64,000 bases of DNA from Minisyncoccota bacterium (GTDB lineage Bacteria > Patescibacteriota > Minisyncoccia > Phycocordibacterales > UBA9973), in contig JANOFO010000009.1 in NCBI GenBank assembly GCA_031413715.1, positions 2,718 through 66,717 on the forward strand. Reading direction: 5' to 3'. The position numbers and the translations under genes were made by a program. This document shows, piece after piece, positions 1-10,157 of this stretch; the first letter of the stretch is position 1, and every line of letters begins with the position of its first letter. Under the pieces are notes generated by a model. That model was not told where the DNA came from. It did no database searches and worked only from the letters and a program-made list of their open reading frames with translations.

Positions 1-1
1 T

Positions 2-238
2 TCTGGACTTACGGGATTTACCCGAGCAGCGGCATATGCTACTGTCTGCTCTCTTGCCTCGGGAACAAATGCTATTGTCGGGCTTACCTCAACTGCGGCG
101 AATATTTTAAATTCCGGTGGAGCGCCCGTTTCTGGCGGACATGCCGAAATTATCGTCAATGCCGCTATTAGCTCTACGACTCCTGCTCATAACGACTATA
201 CAGATGAGATTTTTTTTGTCGCAACGGGGACATTCTAA
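2..238 (+). CDS. 3' end of secreted WxL-like/pilin-like surface protein (partial), paralog of 388..1608
   Basis: Frame-2 translation ...NILNSGGAPVSGGHAEIIVNAAISSTTPAHNDYTDEIFFVATGTF* aligns with the C-terminus of 388..1608 (...GAPIAGGRGTISVQASITGVQPAHSDYTDALTFIGTGTF*). Confidence 0.75.
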   Translation, partial: SGLTGFTRAAAYATVCSLASGTNAIVGLTSTAANILNSGGAPVSGGHAEIIVNAAISSTTPAHNDYTDEIFFVATGTF

Positions 239-265
239 TTTATTAAATTTTTTATAAAGTTATAA

Positions 266-278
266 AAGTTATCCACAG
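266..278 (+). promoter_or_regulatory. DnaA-box (TTATCCACA) within 13-mer AAGTTATCCACAG
   Basis: Exact DnaA-box consensus at 269-277; same 13-mer inverted at 24616-24628. Confidence 0.55.
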
Positions 279-387
279 AACTTTTTACGTCTATTTATAT
301 ATCTTTATATGTGCTAAAATGGGGCTATAAGTAAATATTATTAATCGAAATCTAATTAATAATCAATCTGTTAAAGCAGTTTGTCTT

Positions 388-1608
388 ATGAAAATATTTA
401 AATTCAAAAAATCTATGTTGTCGAAGCTCGCAAGTTCTACTATAATAACAGCTTTGATTTTGCTTACCTCATTTGGTCCACAGCTTGCAGAAGCTCTTGC
501 TATTACAGCATCAAAAGACACAGCAACAAGGCTCCAGATTAGCACTGCTGCCGACCATGTTATAAGTTTCACACTGCCGACTGGCATAGATCTGGATGTG
601 ACTACCCAGCATGATGGATTCCACTTTGATTTTCCTGCATCATTTACTTCAGCTGGTACATGGGCCAATGCTGACTTCGCTTTTACGGACAGCAACGGTT
701 CTCACACCATTGAAGGTACAACTCAAGGCGCCGGTACTATTACTTGTACCTCTACAACAGCGCAAAATGTTTGTGTTGCTGTTGATACCACCAACAATAT
801 CTTTACCGTTAAGCCCTCGACAACCTACACTGCTTCTTCCACAGCATCAGCTATTACATTTACAATCTTAGGTACAGGTGCGGGCGGTACGCTTACCAAT
901 CCCGCTTCAGTAGCTGCGACTAACATTGATTTCCAGATGTGTGATGAGACAGCTTCTTGCTTCACATCTTTTACCATATCCCACTCTAGCCAGATTGCCT
1001 ACGCTGTCATTGATGACGATGCAGTAGCAATAACCGCGACGGTCAATTCATCAATTACTTTTGATTTAGATACTGCGGGAAGCAATGATAGTACGTGTGA
1101 TACAGATGAAACTGCGGCACCGTATATAATAGCTCTAGGCTCGATTACAACTACTGATACAAGAGTCTCTGGTGCAACTGATACTATCAATTTAATCTGT
1201 GTTGATCTTGACACCAATGCCTCCGGTGGAGCAGTGATTACTATCGCAAATGCCAATGGAACAAACGGCCTTGCGTCTACATCAGTTCCAGCTGATGACA
1301 TAGACAGTGTTACTGGTAGCGTGGCAGACAACACAGAGAATTATGGTGTATGCATTGTTACCAGTACAGCTACAACAGGTACTCTAGACGATGAAGGATT
1401 ATACGACGGTGATACTTGCGCGGCAAACTCCGAAACTAATAATGTTAAAACACTGTCTGCCACAGCAGGCAATATCTTCGATACCAATGGCGCTCCGATT
1501 GCCGGTGGTCGCGGAACGATATCCGTGCAAGCTTCAATTACTGGAGTTCAGCCTGCTCATAGCGACTACACTGATGCCCTCACCTTTATAGGAACGGGCA
1601 CATTCTAG
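388..1608 (+). CDS. Secreted Thr/Ser/Asp-rich beta-sandwich surface protein, WxL-like C-terminus
   Basis: Signal peptide (ends ...LAEA), paired Cys, C-terminal YTDALTFIGTGTF strand. Confidence 0.6.
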   Translation: MKIFKFKKSMLSKLASSTIITALILLTSFGPQLAEALAITASKDTATRLQISTAADHVISFTLPTGIDLDVTTQHDGFHFDFPASFTSAGTWANADFAFTDSNGSHTIEGTTQGAGTITCTSTTAQNVCVAVDTTNNIFTVKPSTTYTASSTASAITFTILGTGAGGTLTNPASVAATNIDFQMCDETASCFTSFTISHSSQIAYAVIDDDAVAITATVNSSITFDLDTAGSNDSTCDTDETAAPYIIALGSITTTDTRVSGATDTINLICVDLDTNASGGAVITIANANGTNGLASTSVPADDIDSVTGSVADNTENYGVCIVTSTATTGTLDDEGLYDGDTCAANSETNNVKTLSATAGNIFDTNGAPIAGGRGTISVQASITGVQPAHSDYTDALTFIGTGTF

Positions 1609-1627
1609 ATAAGCAAATTTCCTAGCA

Positions 1628-2656
1628 ATGCATAACTACTCAAAAAAAAAGAGATATCTGGTGTTCTTGACTATCGTCATGATGAGTGCGCTCTTTGTTC
1701 CACATCACTCAGATGCCCTTGGCCTATCTCCTGTTCGTATTGAGATTAGCGGTAACCCTGGCGAGACTGTTGCCAATGAAATGCTCCTTACTAACGAAAC
1801 TAAAAAAGAAGAAACATACTATTCTTCATACGCTAATTTTGAAGCCCAGGGTGAAACAGGCAACCCATCCCTTGTGGTACCCAAAGACGGTCTCGGTACA
1901 TGGATGAAAACCGAGGCGAGCATTACACTTGGGCCAAATACTTCCCAAGTAGTAAAGGTTTCTATCAAGATTCCGCGTGATGCAGAGCCGGGAGGACACT
2001 TCGGCGCGATAATGTGGGGCACAACGCCAAATACACCTGGAAACGGAGTTGCCATCGGCGCCAAAACGGCGATGCTCGTCCTCTTGTCTGTTACCGGAGA
2101 TGTTCAAGAAAATGGCGGACTCATAGAGTTTTCAACAAAAAATCATAAAATTTGGTACAACACCTTGCCTGTTTCATTTGTCTATCGGTTTAGAAATGAT
2201 GGAGGAGACCGTATCAAGCCGGTTGGTAAAATTACAATGCATAACATTATTTATCTTCCTGCTGATCGTATCGATGCCAATCCGAGCGCTGGCAATATAT
2301 TGCCGGGTACAACGCGTCGTTTTGAAGTTGATTGGCATAAATACAAACATGCTCTAGAGTATGCTGCGCCTGCAGGCATCTTTGCTCAATTCTTTGATTC
2401 GGCGCTATATCAATGGAAAAACTTTGCCATCGGTCCATACTTTGCCAAGCTCAATCTTCTTTACGGTACTGATGCTATTCGTGTCAGTAAGTATGCTTTC
2501 TTTTTTGTATTTCCATGGCAGTTAATCATCTGTCTCGTTCTTATCATAATGACCCTATGGTTGGGTGGGAAAAAACTAATCAAACGATATAACAGGTACA
2601 TAATCAAGAAGGCACGTGCTGGTATGAATATGCCAAACGATGCCTCTCATGTATAG
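1628..2656 (+). CDS. DUF916/WxL-interacting-protein-like membrane-anchored Ig-fold protein
   Basis: Signal peptide, LSPVRIEISGNPGE, IPRDAEPGGHFGAI, FRNDGGDRIKPVG motifs, C-terminal TM plus basic tail; paralog of 25384..26355. Confidence 0.6.
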   Translation: MHNYSKKKRYLVFLTIVMMSALFVPHHSDALGLSPVRIEISGNPGETVANEMLLTNETKKEETYYSSYANFEAQGETGNPSLVVPKDGLGTWMKTEASITLGPNTSQVVKVSIKIPRDAEPGGHFGAIMWGTTPNTPGNGVAIGAKTAMLVLLSVTGDVQENGGLIEFSTKNHKIWYNTLPVSFVYRFRNDGGDRIKPVGKITMHNIIYLPADRIDANPSAGNILPGTTRRFEVDWHKYKHALEYAAPAGIFAQFFDSALYQWKNFAIGPYFAKLNLLYGTDAIRVSKYAFFFVFPWQLIICLVLIIMTLWLGGKKLIKRYNRYIIKKARAGMNMPNDASHV

Positions 2657-3560
2657 TATAAAATACATAACTAAATGGTTTATTATTGCATCGACGGTGC
2701 TTTTGGTGCCGATTCACGCTTTTGCATTTACTATCACCACTCCTCCAGAAGAAGTAGCGATATCGGCCCAAGTTATTTCAACGACTCCACCATCTCCATC
2801 TAGCAATTCAAGTGGAGGCGGGGGTTACTTTGTTAGTTCTAGCATTACATTCTCCGGCATTGCGTATCCATTTGCGCGAGTTTATATACAGCAAGATGGT
2901 CAGGCTGCTATGACTGTGACTGCTGATTTTTTCGCTCGATTCTCGGCGACTATCTATAATCTTCCAACTAACATATATAAGTTCTCCGTGTATGCAAAAG
3001 ACAGTGAAGGTAGAAAATCTGCATCGTTTGCCTTTCCACTGGCCATAACATACGGAACAACTGTAAATATTAACAATATTTACTTGTCTCCAACTATTGA
3101 TATTGATAAAAGCCACGTTGCACGGGGCGATAGCCTTATTATATTTGGTCAAAGCGCTCCCCAGGCAAGCGTAAATATTTCAGTTAACTCTAATATTCTG
3201 CATTTATATTCGGCCACGACGAACATCATTGGCCAGTATTCATACAATCTTGATACCTCGTCTCTTCTGTTTGGTCCAAATCAAACTAAGTCGAGAGCGA
3301 TGATAAACAGCCAGCTGACCTCGTTCACCCCACCGCTTACATTCATTGTGGGAGACAGAAACAAAAAAAAAGAGGTAGTTGAATGTACAACAATCGTGGC
3401 TGACCTTAACTGCGATGGGAAAGTCAGCCTGATAGATTTCTCTATTATGGCCTACTGGTATAGAAACACTAATCCTCCTTCTCGGGTTGACCTCAATAGT
3501 GACGGAGTGATATCGCTCGCGGATTTTAGCATTCTAGCATTTTACTGGACCGGATTATGA
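2640..3560 (+). CDS. Secreted Ig-like protein with C-terminal dockerin-like domain
   Basis: Duplicated Ca-binding repeats DLNCDGKVSLIDFSIM / DLNSDGVISLADFSIL; start may be 2649. Confidence 0.75.
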   Translation: MPLMYSIKYITKWFIIASTVLLVPIHAFAFTITTPPEEVAISAQVISTTPPSPSSNSSGGGGYFVSSSITFSGIAYPFARVYIQQDGQAAMTVTADFFARFSATIYNLPTNIYKFSVYAKDSEGRKSASFAFPLAITYGTTVNINNIYLSPTIDIDKSHVARGDSLIIFGQSAPQASVNISVNSNILHLYSATTNIIGQYSYNLDTSSLLFGPNQTKSRAMINSQLTSFTPPLTFIVGDRNKKKEVVECTTIVADLNCDGKVSLIDFSIMAYWYRNTNPPSRVDLNSDGVISLADFSILAFYWTGL

Positions 3561-4474
3561 AACATACGATTTTAAAAAAATCTATAGTAATTATGTGTAG
3601 TCTAGTTTTGTTTCTAGCTTGTACTACTTATGTACTGGCATCAGAACTATTCTTTACTCCTTCCGCAAAAATGATAGGGCTCGGCGAAGAATTTTATGTT
3701 GATCTAATGCTTGATCCGGAAAATACCTCTGTAAACGGAATTGAGTCTACTATCGTATTTCCTCCCGACAAGATTTCTTTCGTTAGAAGCGAAGAAGGTA
3801 AATCAATGGTTGATCTGTGGATTGAAAAAACGAAAGAAAAGGCCGGAGTAATTGCTTTTTCAGGCATAATTTCGGGCGGTTTTTCCGGCGTTATAGACCC
3901 ATTCTATTCCGATATAAAATCGCCAGGATTGTTAGTTCGCTTAGTATTTAGAGGAGAGAGGCCGGGAGATGCAACAATCGAAAGCATTTCTTCGCATGTA
4001 GCCCACAATGATGGGGAAGGTACCACAGAGACCATTCTTCCACAAAGTGTTTTAGTTTCCGTAGAAAATAAAACTGCTTCCGATTCATATAAAAATATAG
4101 ACGAAACAAAGCCCGAACTTGTGGTATATGTAATCCGTGATCAGAATATTTTTAATAACAAATACACGCTTGTGATACAAGCGAACGATAAAGAGTCTGG
4201 AATTCGAGATATAATGGTTAAAGAAGGGGGTAGAGATTGGCAGATAGCCGAGAGTCCATATCTCCTTGAAGATCAGGACCGAGGCAGTACAATTACTATT
4301 CGCGCTACTAATCACACTGAACTTAGCGCTACAATGACGATTGATCCTACGGCACGCAACTTTTCTGAAGGATCTAATGCAGTTCTACTTATAATCTTTA
4401 GTATATTATTACTGATTACTTTACGGGGAATATATTCACGTAGGAGAAAAAGCCGCGAGTCTCGAGATATATGA
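3557..4474 (+). CDS. Cohesin-domain protein, C-terminal membrane anchor
   Basis: GEEFYVDLMLDPENTSVNGIESTIVFPPDKISF cohesin-type pattern; TM plus RRRK tail. Confidence 0.65.
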   Translation: MKHTILKKSIVIMCSLVLFLACTTYVLASELFFTPSAKMIGLGEEFYVDLMLDPENTSVNGIESTIVFPPDKISFVRSEEGKSMVDLWIEKTKEKAGVIAFSGIISGGFSGVIDPFYSDIKSPGLLVRLVFRGERPGDATIESISSHVAHNDGEGTTETILPQSVLVSVENKTASDSYKNIDETKPELVVYVIRDQNIFNNKYTLVIQANDKESGIRDIMVKEGGRDWQIAESPYLLEDQDRGSTITIRATNHTELSATMTIDPTARNFSEGSNAVLLIIFSILLLITLRGIYSRRRKSRESRDI

Positions 4475-5208
4475 AGATCAATCATCTTAAAATAACTTTA
4501 TATAGCTTTGCAATTCTCGGAATATTTTTGATATCTGCGCCTTCTTTTGCTGTTACTGCAATCAATTTTGACGGTCCGTCGCTATTGCCCACTGCTCGAA
4601 TTTTTATAAAGCCGAGCTCTGGTAATTATACAGCAGGTTCTACATTTGAAGCCCCGATTTACATAGATACAGAGAATAATAATATCAACGCTATCAATAT
4701 AAAACTGCGCTTTGACTCATCTAAACTTAAGGTTGTAAAATCTTCAAGCGGTGATTCAATCTTTGGTATATGGATAGAGAGTCCAAATTATGACAATGTG
4801 AAAGGTACGGCAAGCCTGGTGGGTGTGATACCAAATGGTATCGTCACATCATCCGGACTTATTGCGACGATTACCTTCAAAGCGCTTACAACAGGGCATG
4901 CCAATGTGATGCTTACTGACTATTCGAGCGCTAATCTCAATGATGGATATGGTACAGAAGTGAAATTAATTGAAAGTGGAGCATCGTATAATTTTACACC
5001 AGCAACCCCCAATTCGATCGTGGAGACACCTAAAGATACTTTCCCTAAACCAATTATTATCTATATTCATGATAAACAAGAGTCCTTTTTCCTATCTATA
5101 TATGCTGATCTATTTCTAAAATACAATTTTCCGATTCTTCTGCTCCTGTTACTACTTTTACTCCTTCTAGAAGAGAGGCGAAAAAAGGGAAAAACCCTTA
5201 ATAACTAA
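4471..5208 (+). CDS. Cohesin-domain protein, C-terminal membrane anchor
   Basis: GSTFEAPIYIDTENNNINAINIKLRFDSSKLKVV...GLIATITFKA; poly-Leu TM plus basic tail. Confidence 0.7.
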   Translation: MKINHLKITLYSFAILGIFLISAPSFAVTAINFDGPSLLPTARIFIKPSSGNYTAGSTFEAPIYIDTENNNINAINIKLRFDSSKLKVVKSSSGDSIFGIWIESPNYDNVKGTASLVGVIPNGIVTSSGLIATITFKALTTGHANVMLTDYSSANLNDGYGTEVKLIESGASYNFTPATPNSIVETPKDTFPKPIIIYIHDKQESFFLSIYADLFLKYNFPILLLLLLLLLLLEERRKKGKTLNN

Positions 5209-5295
5209 AGCTATTAACCCTTTCTTTTTAAGCTCATTTTTGCTATACTGTGAGAGTATTTCACCCGTCTAAAAGGGCGATTTTTCAATAACAAA

Positions 5296-7413
5296 ATGGC
5301 CAAAAAAGAAGAAAAAATATCTAAAAAAGGTAGTCCCTCCATCGAAAAGGCTGGCAAGTATGGAGCTGATCAGATATCTGTCCTCGAAGGCCTTGAGCCG
5401 GTACGTCGCCGTCCTGGAATGTATATCGGATCGACTGGCATAGACGGCCTCCACCATCTCATCTGGGAAATATTCGATAACTCTCGCGACGAGGCGATGG
5501 GCGGGTTTGCTGATCATATTGAAGTCACACTTCTTCCAGGGAATTCTGTCCGCGTCGTGGATAACGGCCGCGGCATTCCCGTTGATGTTCATCCGAAAAC
5601 GAAAGTGTCTGCTTTAGAGACTGTCATGACTACGCTTCATGCCGGTGGAAAATTTGGTGGAGACGATTCTGGATATAAAGTTTCCGGCGGACTCCATGGT
5701 GTCGGCGCCTCGGTTGTCAATGCACTTTCTATACATACAAAAGCTGAAGTTCATCGTGATGGTGGAAAATATATTCAAGAATATTCCCAAGGTAAAAGAA
5801 AAGCTGCTGTTAAAAAAGTAGGTACTTCAAAACAACACGGTACCATCATAAGCTTCACACCTGACGAGGAGATCTTTAAGCAAGTTAAATTTGATGGCAA
5901 TACAGTTATCAATCATTTGCGCCAGCAAGCATATCTCGTGAAAGGTTTGCGTATAGACATCATTGATGCACGCGACCTGTCTTCAAAAGAAGGCGCAAAA
6001 CTTGATTCCGATTCAATTTTTTGGTTTTCTGACTTGGGTCTCGAAGTTCCCTCCACTACATTTTACTTTGAAGGTGGGCTTGTGTCGCTTGTAAAATTTT
6101 ATAATAAACTTCAAAAACCTATTCATCCGAGTGTATTCTATATAGAGCGAGAGCTTGATAATGTCGGAGTAGAAGTTGCGTTGCAATACGTGGATGATGT
6201 AAATGCCCATATCGTTCCTTTTGCCAATAATATTTATAACCCAGAAGGTGGTACGCATGTTACAGGGTTCAAAACTGCGCTCACCCGCATACTCAATACG
6301 TATGGCAAAAAGAACAACATGATCAAAGAAGCCGACGGGGGATTTACTGGTGATGATGTTCTCGAAGGTCTTATGGTCGTCGTCTCAGTTAAACTTCGTG
6401 AAATTCAGTTTGAAGGTCAGACTAAAGGGAAGTTAGGATCAACCGAGGCTCAAGGTGCTGTCGCTACCGTATTCGGTGATGCATTTACGACTTTCTTGGA
6501 AGAGAATCCTGACGAAGCGAAAGCTATAATTAATAAATCAATATTAGCACTTAGGTCTCGTAAAGCCGCCAAGGCGGCAAAGGATTCCATTCTCCGTAAA
6601 GGAGCGCTTGAGGGCATGACTCTGCCAGGCAAGCTCGCTGATTGCCAGACAAAAAGTGCCGAAGAGGCAGAGCTTTTTATTGTAGAGGGAGATTCTGCTG
6701 GTGGAACTGCTAAAATGGGGCGCGACAGAAAAACCCAAGCAATACTTCCGCTTCGCGGAAAGATTCTCAATGTTGAGCGCGCTCGCCTTGATCGAATGCT
6801 CGGATCTGAGCAGATTAAAAATCTAGTAATTGCGATGGGCAGTTCTATCGGTGACACCTTTGATCTCGAAAAAATTCGCTACCACAAGATAATAATCGCT
6901 ACTGATGCCGATGTAGATGGAGCGCACATTCGCACTCTCATCCTTACCCTTATGTATAGGTATTTCCGCTTGGTCCTGGATGCTGGCTATGTATATATTG
7001 CCCAACCTCCGCTATTTAAAATCAAAAAAGGCAAAGAAATATTTTACGCTTATTCTGACCAAGAACGCGACAAGATCCTAGGCAAGGATGCCCCTTCGCT
7101 TGCTGAGCTTCTTTCCGAGTCTGCACAAGATGGTGCAGAAGAGGTAGAGGCAGAAATTGAAGAAGAAGACGCACAAACTAAAGCTAAAAAATCTGTAAAA
7201 ATTCATATACAAAGATACAAAGGTCTCGGTGAAATGAACGCTGAAGAACTTTGGGAGACAACTATGGACCCAGAGAGAAGGATTCTAAAACAAGTGACGA
7301 TAAATGATGCTGAAGACGCAAATAAAGTCTTCGACATGCTCATGGGTTCCGAAGTTCCTCCACGTAAGGCCTTCATCCAGTCTCACGCAAAGATGGCGAA
7401 TTTGGATATATAA
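5296..7413 (+). CDS. gyrB: DNA gyrase subunit B
   Basis: LEGLEPVRRRPGMYIG, GLHGVG, VEGDSAGG, PLRGKILNV, TDADVDG, RYKGLGEMN. Confidence 0.97.
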   Translation: MAKKEEKISKKGSPSIEKAGKYGADQISVLEGLEPVRRRPGMYIGSTGIDGLHHLIWEIFDNSRDEAMGGFADHIEVTLLPGNSVRVVDNGRGIPVDVHPKTKVSALETVMTTLHAGGKFGGDDSGYKVSGGLHGVGASVVNALSIHTKAEVHRDGGKYIQEYSQGKRKAAVKKVGTSKQHGTIISFTPDEEIFKQVKFDGNTVINHLRQQAYLVKGLRIDIIDARDLSSKEGAKLDSDSIFWFSDLGLEVPSTTFYFEGGLVSLVKFYNKLQKPIHPSVFYIERELDNVGVEVALQYVDDVNAHIVPFANNIYNPEGGTHVTGFKTALTRILNTYGKKNNMIKEADGGFTGDDVLEGLMVVVSVKLREIQFEGQTKGKLGSTEAQGAVATVFGDAFTTFLEENPDEAKAIINKSILALRSRKAAKAAKDSILRKGALEGMTLPGKLADCQTKSAEEAELFIVEGDSAGGTAKMGRDRKTQAILPLRGKILNVERARLDRMLGSEQIKNLVIAMGSSIGDTFDLEKIRYHKIIIATDADVDGAHIRTLILTLMYRYFRLVLDAGYVYIAQPPLFKIKKGKEIFYAYSDQERDKILGKDAPSLAELLSESAQDGAEEVEAEIEEEDAQTKAKKSVKIHIQRYKGLGEMNAEELWETTMDPERRILKQVTINDAEDANKVFDMLMGSEVPPRKAFIQSHAKMANLDI

Positions 7414-7420
7414 CCTAATT

Positions 7421-8587
7421 ATGACAATAGAAAAACTTTACATCGGTACCTGGTTCCAACGGACGACACTCCACCTCTCCGAGCTCTGGAAGCTGTTTGA
7501 TATTGACGGGCCGGAAACCGTTTTTGAAAAAAGTGATCTTATTCCTTTACGTAAATTTCTTAATCTTGCAGAGAGTGACCGTATAACTTCTGGATTCGAG
7601 GGTATAAAGTTTAAAACAGCATCAGGTATTTTGGGAACTATCTATGAAGATGGGCTTATGATTATCGCAACAGATGATGTGTCCGACACTGAAGAGGCTA
7701 AGGAATCTCTCAGACTCTACTATGAAAATTGCTTATCGAAGGCGGTCGCATATTTGTTCAGCAAAGGCGCGCCGATCCCGAAAGAGCTTGCCAATATTCC
7801 GACTGTTCTCCCATATATGTTCGTGGTTTCCAAGGGTAAGGATGATGAGATAGAGAATAAATTTTTTGGAGATAAGGAGAGGCTTCATAGTAAGACGGTA
7901 GGAAACAAAACCTCAGTTTGGAAAGGTTCATCAACCATGGTTCTTCATAATCCCACAAACGATGTCCAGCAAGCTATGATTGTCGAGACCCATATATTCT
8001 TTCGTGAGTTCAAAGTCCAGCTTGAGCGCTATCTTTCCATACATCGTTCCTTGTGGGAAAAGATCAAGAAGATCCTTGAGTCGGACAAAATAAAAGGCAC
8101 GGACATCGAACCTATCCGTACCGAACTGCAAGGATATCAGAAAACGGTCAATCTTATCGAAGCACGCATTAATCAGATGCCTGCATACGTCAAAACTCGC
8201 CAAAAACTCACAGTTATAGAAGGGGATGATAGTCTTGTTCTTATCACCTCGCTTCGGTTTGAAGATCTTCTCGATACTCATGAATATATCAAGCATCTTT
8301 GGGCTATGACCAAAAATTATTTGCAGTCAGCGCTCGATATGCTTACTGCGCTTCAATCCGAGAGTACCAAGACGAGTATTTCCTCTCTCCAGCTTGTCAC
8401 TACGATCGGCGTCATTTCAGGACTCATCGCGTATCTCGGCAAAGATGCACTTCCGCCGTTTACGATATTCGGCCTAGGATATCTGGCAAGCCTCCTTCTT
8501 CTCACTTGGCTCATCAATTCGGTTATTTCGTATATTTTCAAACGTAGGATGTATACAGTTAAGAAACATCCTAATCTAAAACTTTAA
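7421..8587 (+). CDS. Membrane protein with long helical region and two C-terminal TM helices (CorA-like topology)
   Basis: ATG at 7421 just after gyrB stop; coiled helical core plus 2 TMs; no GMN motif. Confidence 0.5.
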   Translation: MTIEKLYIGTWFQRTTLHLSELWKLFDIDGPETVFEKSDLIPLRKFLNLAESDRITSGFEGIKFKTASGILGTIYEDGLMIIATDDVSDTEEAKESLRLYYENCLSKAVAYLFSKGAPIPKELANIPTVLPYMFVVSKGKDDEIENKFFGDKERLHSKTVGNKTSVWKGSSTMVLHNPTNDVQQAMIVETHIFFREFKVQLERYLSIHRSLWEKIKKILESDKIKGTDIEPIRTELQGYQKTVNLIEARINQMPAYVKTRQKLTVIEGDDSLVLITSLRFEDLLDTHEYIKHLWAMTKNYLQSALDMLTALQSESTKTSISSLQLVTTIGVISGLIAYLGKDALPPFTIFGLGYLASLLLLTWLINSVISYIFKRRMYTVKKHPNLKL

Positions 8588-8590
8588 ACC

Positions 8591-9592
8591 ATGAACATAC
8601 TCCTTGCTATTGTTTGCATTTTATTCTCAGCGTTGTTCGCAGGATTGACCCTCGGACTGATGGGCCTCGATCTATCTACGCTTAGGCGCAAGATGAAACA
8701 TGGAGATCGTGATGCTGCTCGTGTTTACCATATTCGCGAGAATGGAATGTTCCTCCTGACTACGCTTCTATTGGGAAATGCTGCCGCATCGGCGTTCTTC
8801 TCGATACTTGTTGGAGATATTGTAAATAATTATTGGGCTGGAATCATCGCCACTGCCGCTCTTTTTATTGTCGGTGAAATACTACCACAAGCCATTGTCT
8901 CTCGATTTGCCCTTTCTTTTGGCGCTCATACAGCTCCGCTGATTCGCTTTATTATGATAATTTTCTCACCGATCTGCTACCCGATAGCATGGATACTCAA
9001 TAAAATTCTAGGCAAAGAAACTCCGACAAGTTATACCAAGCGCGACCTGCTCTCTATCATCGAAGATGATAAGACGACCCCTGATGGAGATGTCGATCAT
9101 GATGAACGACGAATTGCCAAAGGCGCCTTCTCATTCTCGCATCGCCTTGTAGAACATGTCATGACGCCGAATACAGTAGTCAAGCTCGTTCATGCAGAAG
9201 ATATTATTGATGAAGCATATTTGGCTGATCTGAAGGATTCCGGTTACTCCCGGCTTCCAGTCGGTACCAATGACCCGAATCAATTTGTGGGTATTTTGTA
9301 TTTGAAGGATCTTCTCGGCATTGTGATTCCGAAAAAAGTAAGAGACGTAATGGATTCTACTATTCATTTCGTAAATACTTCGGATCCTCTTGATACGGTC
9401 CTTGATCAATTTATTAAAACCAAAATGCATCTCTTTGTAGTTCTCGATGAGTTCGGAGGATTCGAAGGAGTGATTACGGTAGAAGACGTGATCGAAGAGA
9501 TCATCGGTGCTGAAATAATGGATGAAGATGATGTAACCCCCGATCTTCGTCAAGAAGCCATGCTTCATAGAATTCGTAGAAGGGTAGAGTAA
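8591..9592 (+). CDS. CNNM/DUF21 + CBS domain protein (CorC/HlyC family)
   Basis: LFSALFAGLTLGLMGLD, GEILPQAI, VMTP, GYSRLPV, VLDEFGGFEGVITVEDVIEEIIG. Confidence 0.9.
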   Translation: MNILLAIVCILFSALFAGLTLGLMGLDLSTLRRKMKHGDRDAARVYHIRENGMFLLTTLLLGNAAASAFFSILVGDIVNNYWAGIIATAALFIVGEILPQAIVSRFALSFGAHTAPLIRFIMIIFSPICYPIAWILNKILGKETPTSYTKRDLLSIIEDDKTTPDGDVDHDERRIAKGAFSFSHRLVEHVMTPNTVVKLVHAEDIIDEAYLADLKDSGYSRLPVGTNDPNQFVGILYLKDLLGIVIPKKVRDVMDSTIHFVNTSDPLDTVLDQFIKTKMHLFVVLDEFGGFEGVITVEDVIEEIIGAEIMDEDDVTPDLRQEAMLHRIRRRVE

Positions 9593-9596
9593 AAAA

Positions 9597-9624
9597 TTGA
9601 CAATTTAATATTTTCATGTATAAT
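9597..9624 (+). promoter_or_regulatory. Sigma70-type promoter TTGACA-16-TATAAT
   Basis: Both consensus hexamers upstream of 9642. Confidence 0.65.
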
Positions 9625-9641
9625 GTAAAAAATTTTAAAAC

Positions 9642-10097
9642 ATGAAAAATATTCAGAATGTCAAACAATTCTTTGTCTTTAATAAGAAAGTTCCTATTGA
9701 TAGCATCGACCTTATCAAAGAAGAGGCAATCGGGAGGATTGTTCTTGTTGCTTCGGCAACAAACAACCATCCGGAAATGAAAAAACCCTTAGCAACCGAA
9801 ATAGCATCAATAATTGGAGAACTCGAAAAGGGCCTGGGTGTTGTCGCTCTTAAATCCAATTCTCTGTATTCAGGCTCAGCACAAAACAATAATACTCCGG
9901 CATTTGAATTTATCAAGGAAGCTGCGAAGAAAGCAGATACTCTTGTGATAAACACAAATTCAATTCTTATTCCAGGAGTGAAAGAGCTCATTCAGAAAGC
10001 TACAGGAATTATGCTGATTTCTACTGAAGTATTGTATGCTGGACAAATGCTGCATATTGATAATGTGCAAAAGACCTTTTGTGTTTATTTTAAATAA
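9642..10097 (+). CDS. Hypothetical protein
   Basis: 151-aa ORF with its own consensus promoter. Confidence 0.6.
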   Translation: MKNIQNVKQFFVFNKKVPIDSIDLIKEEAIGRIVLVASATNNHPEMKKPLATEIASIIGELEKGLGVVALKSNSLYSGSAQNNNTPAFEFIKEAAKKADTLVINTNSILIPGVKELIQKATGIMLISTEVLYAGQMLHIDNVQKTFCVYFK

Positions 10098-10157
10098 CCA
10101 AAGTCCCGCGGCAATTATTTGTCGCAGTTGTTTTATTTTTAGCAACAAAAAACCGCT

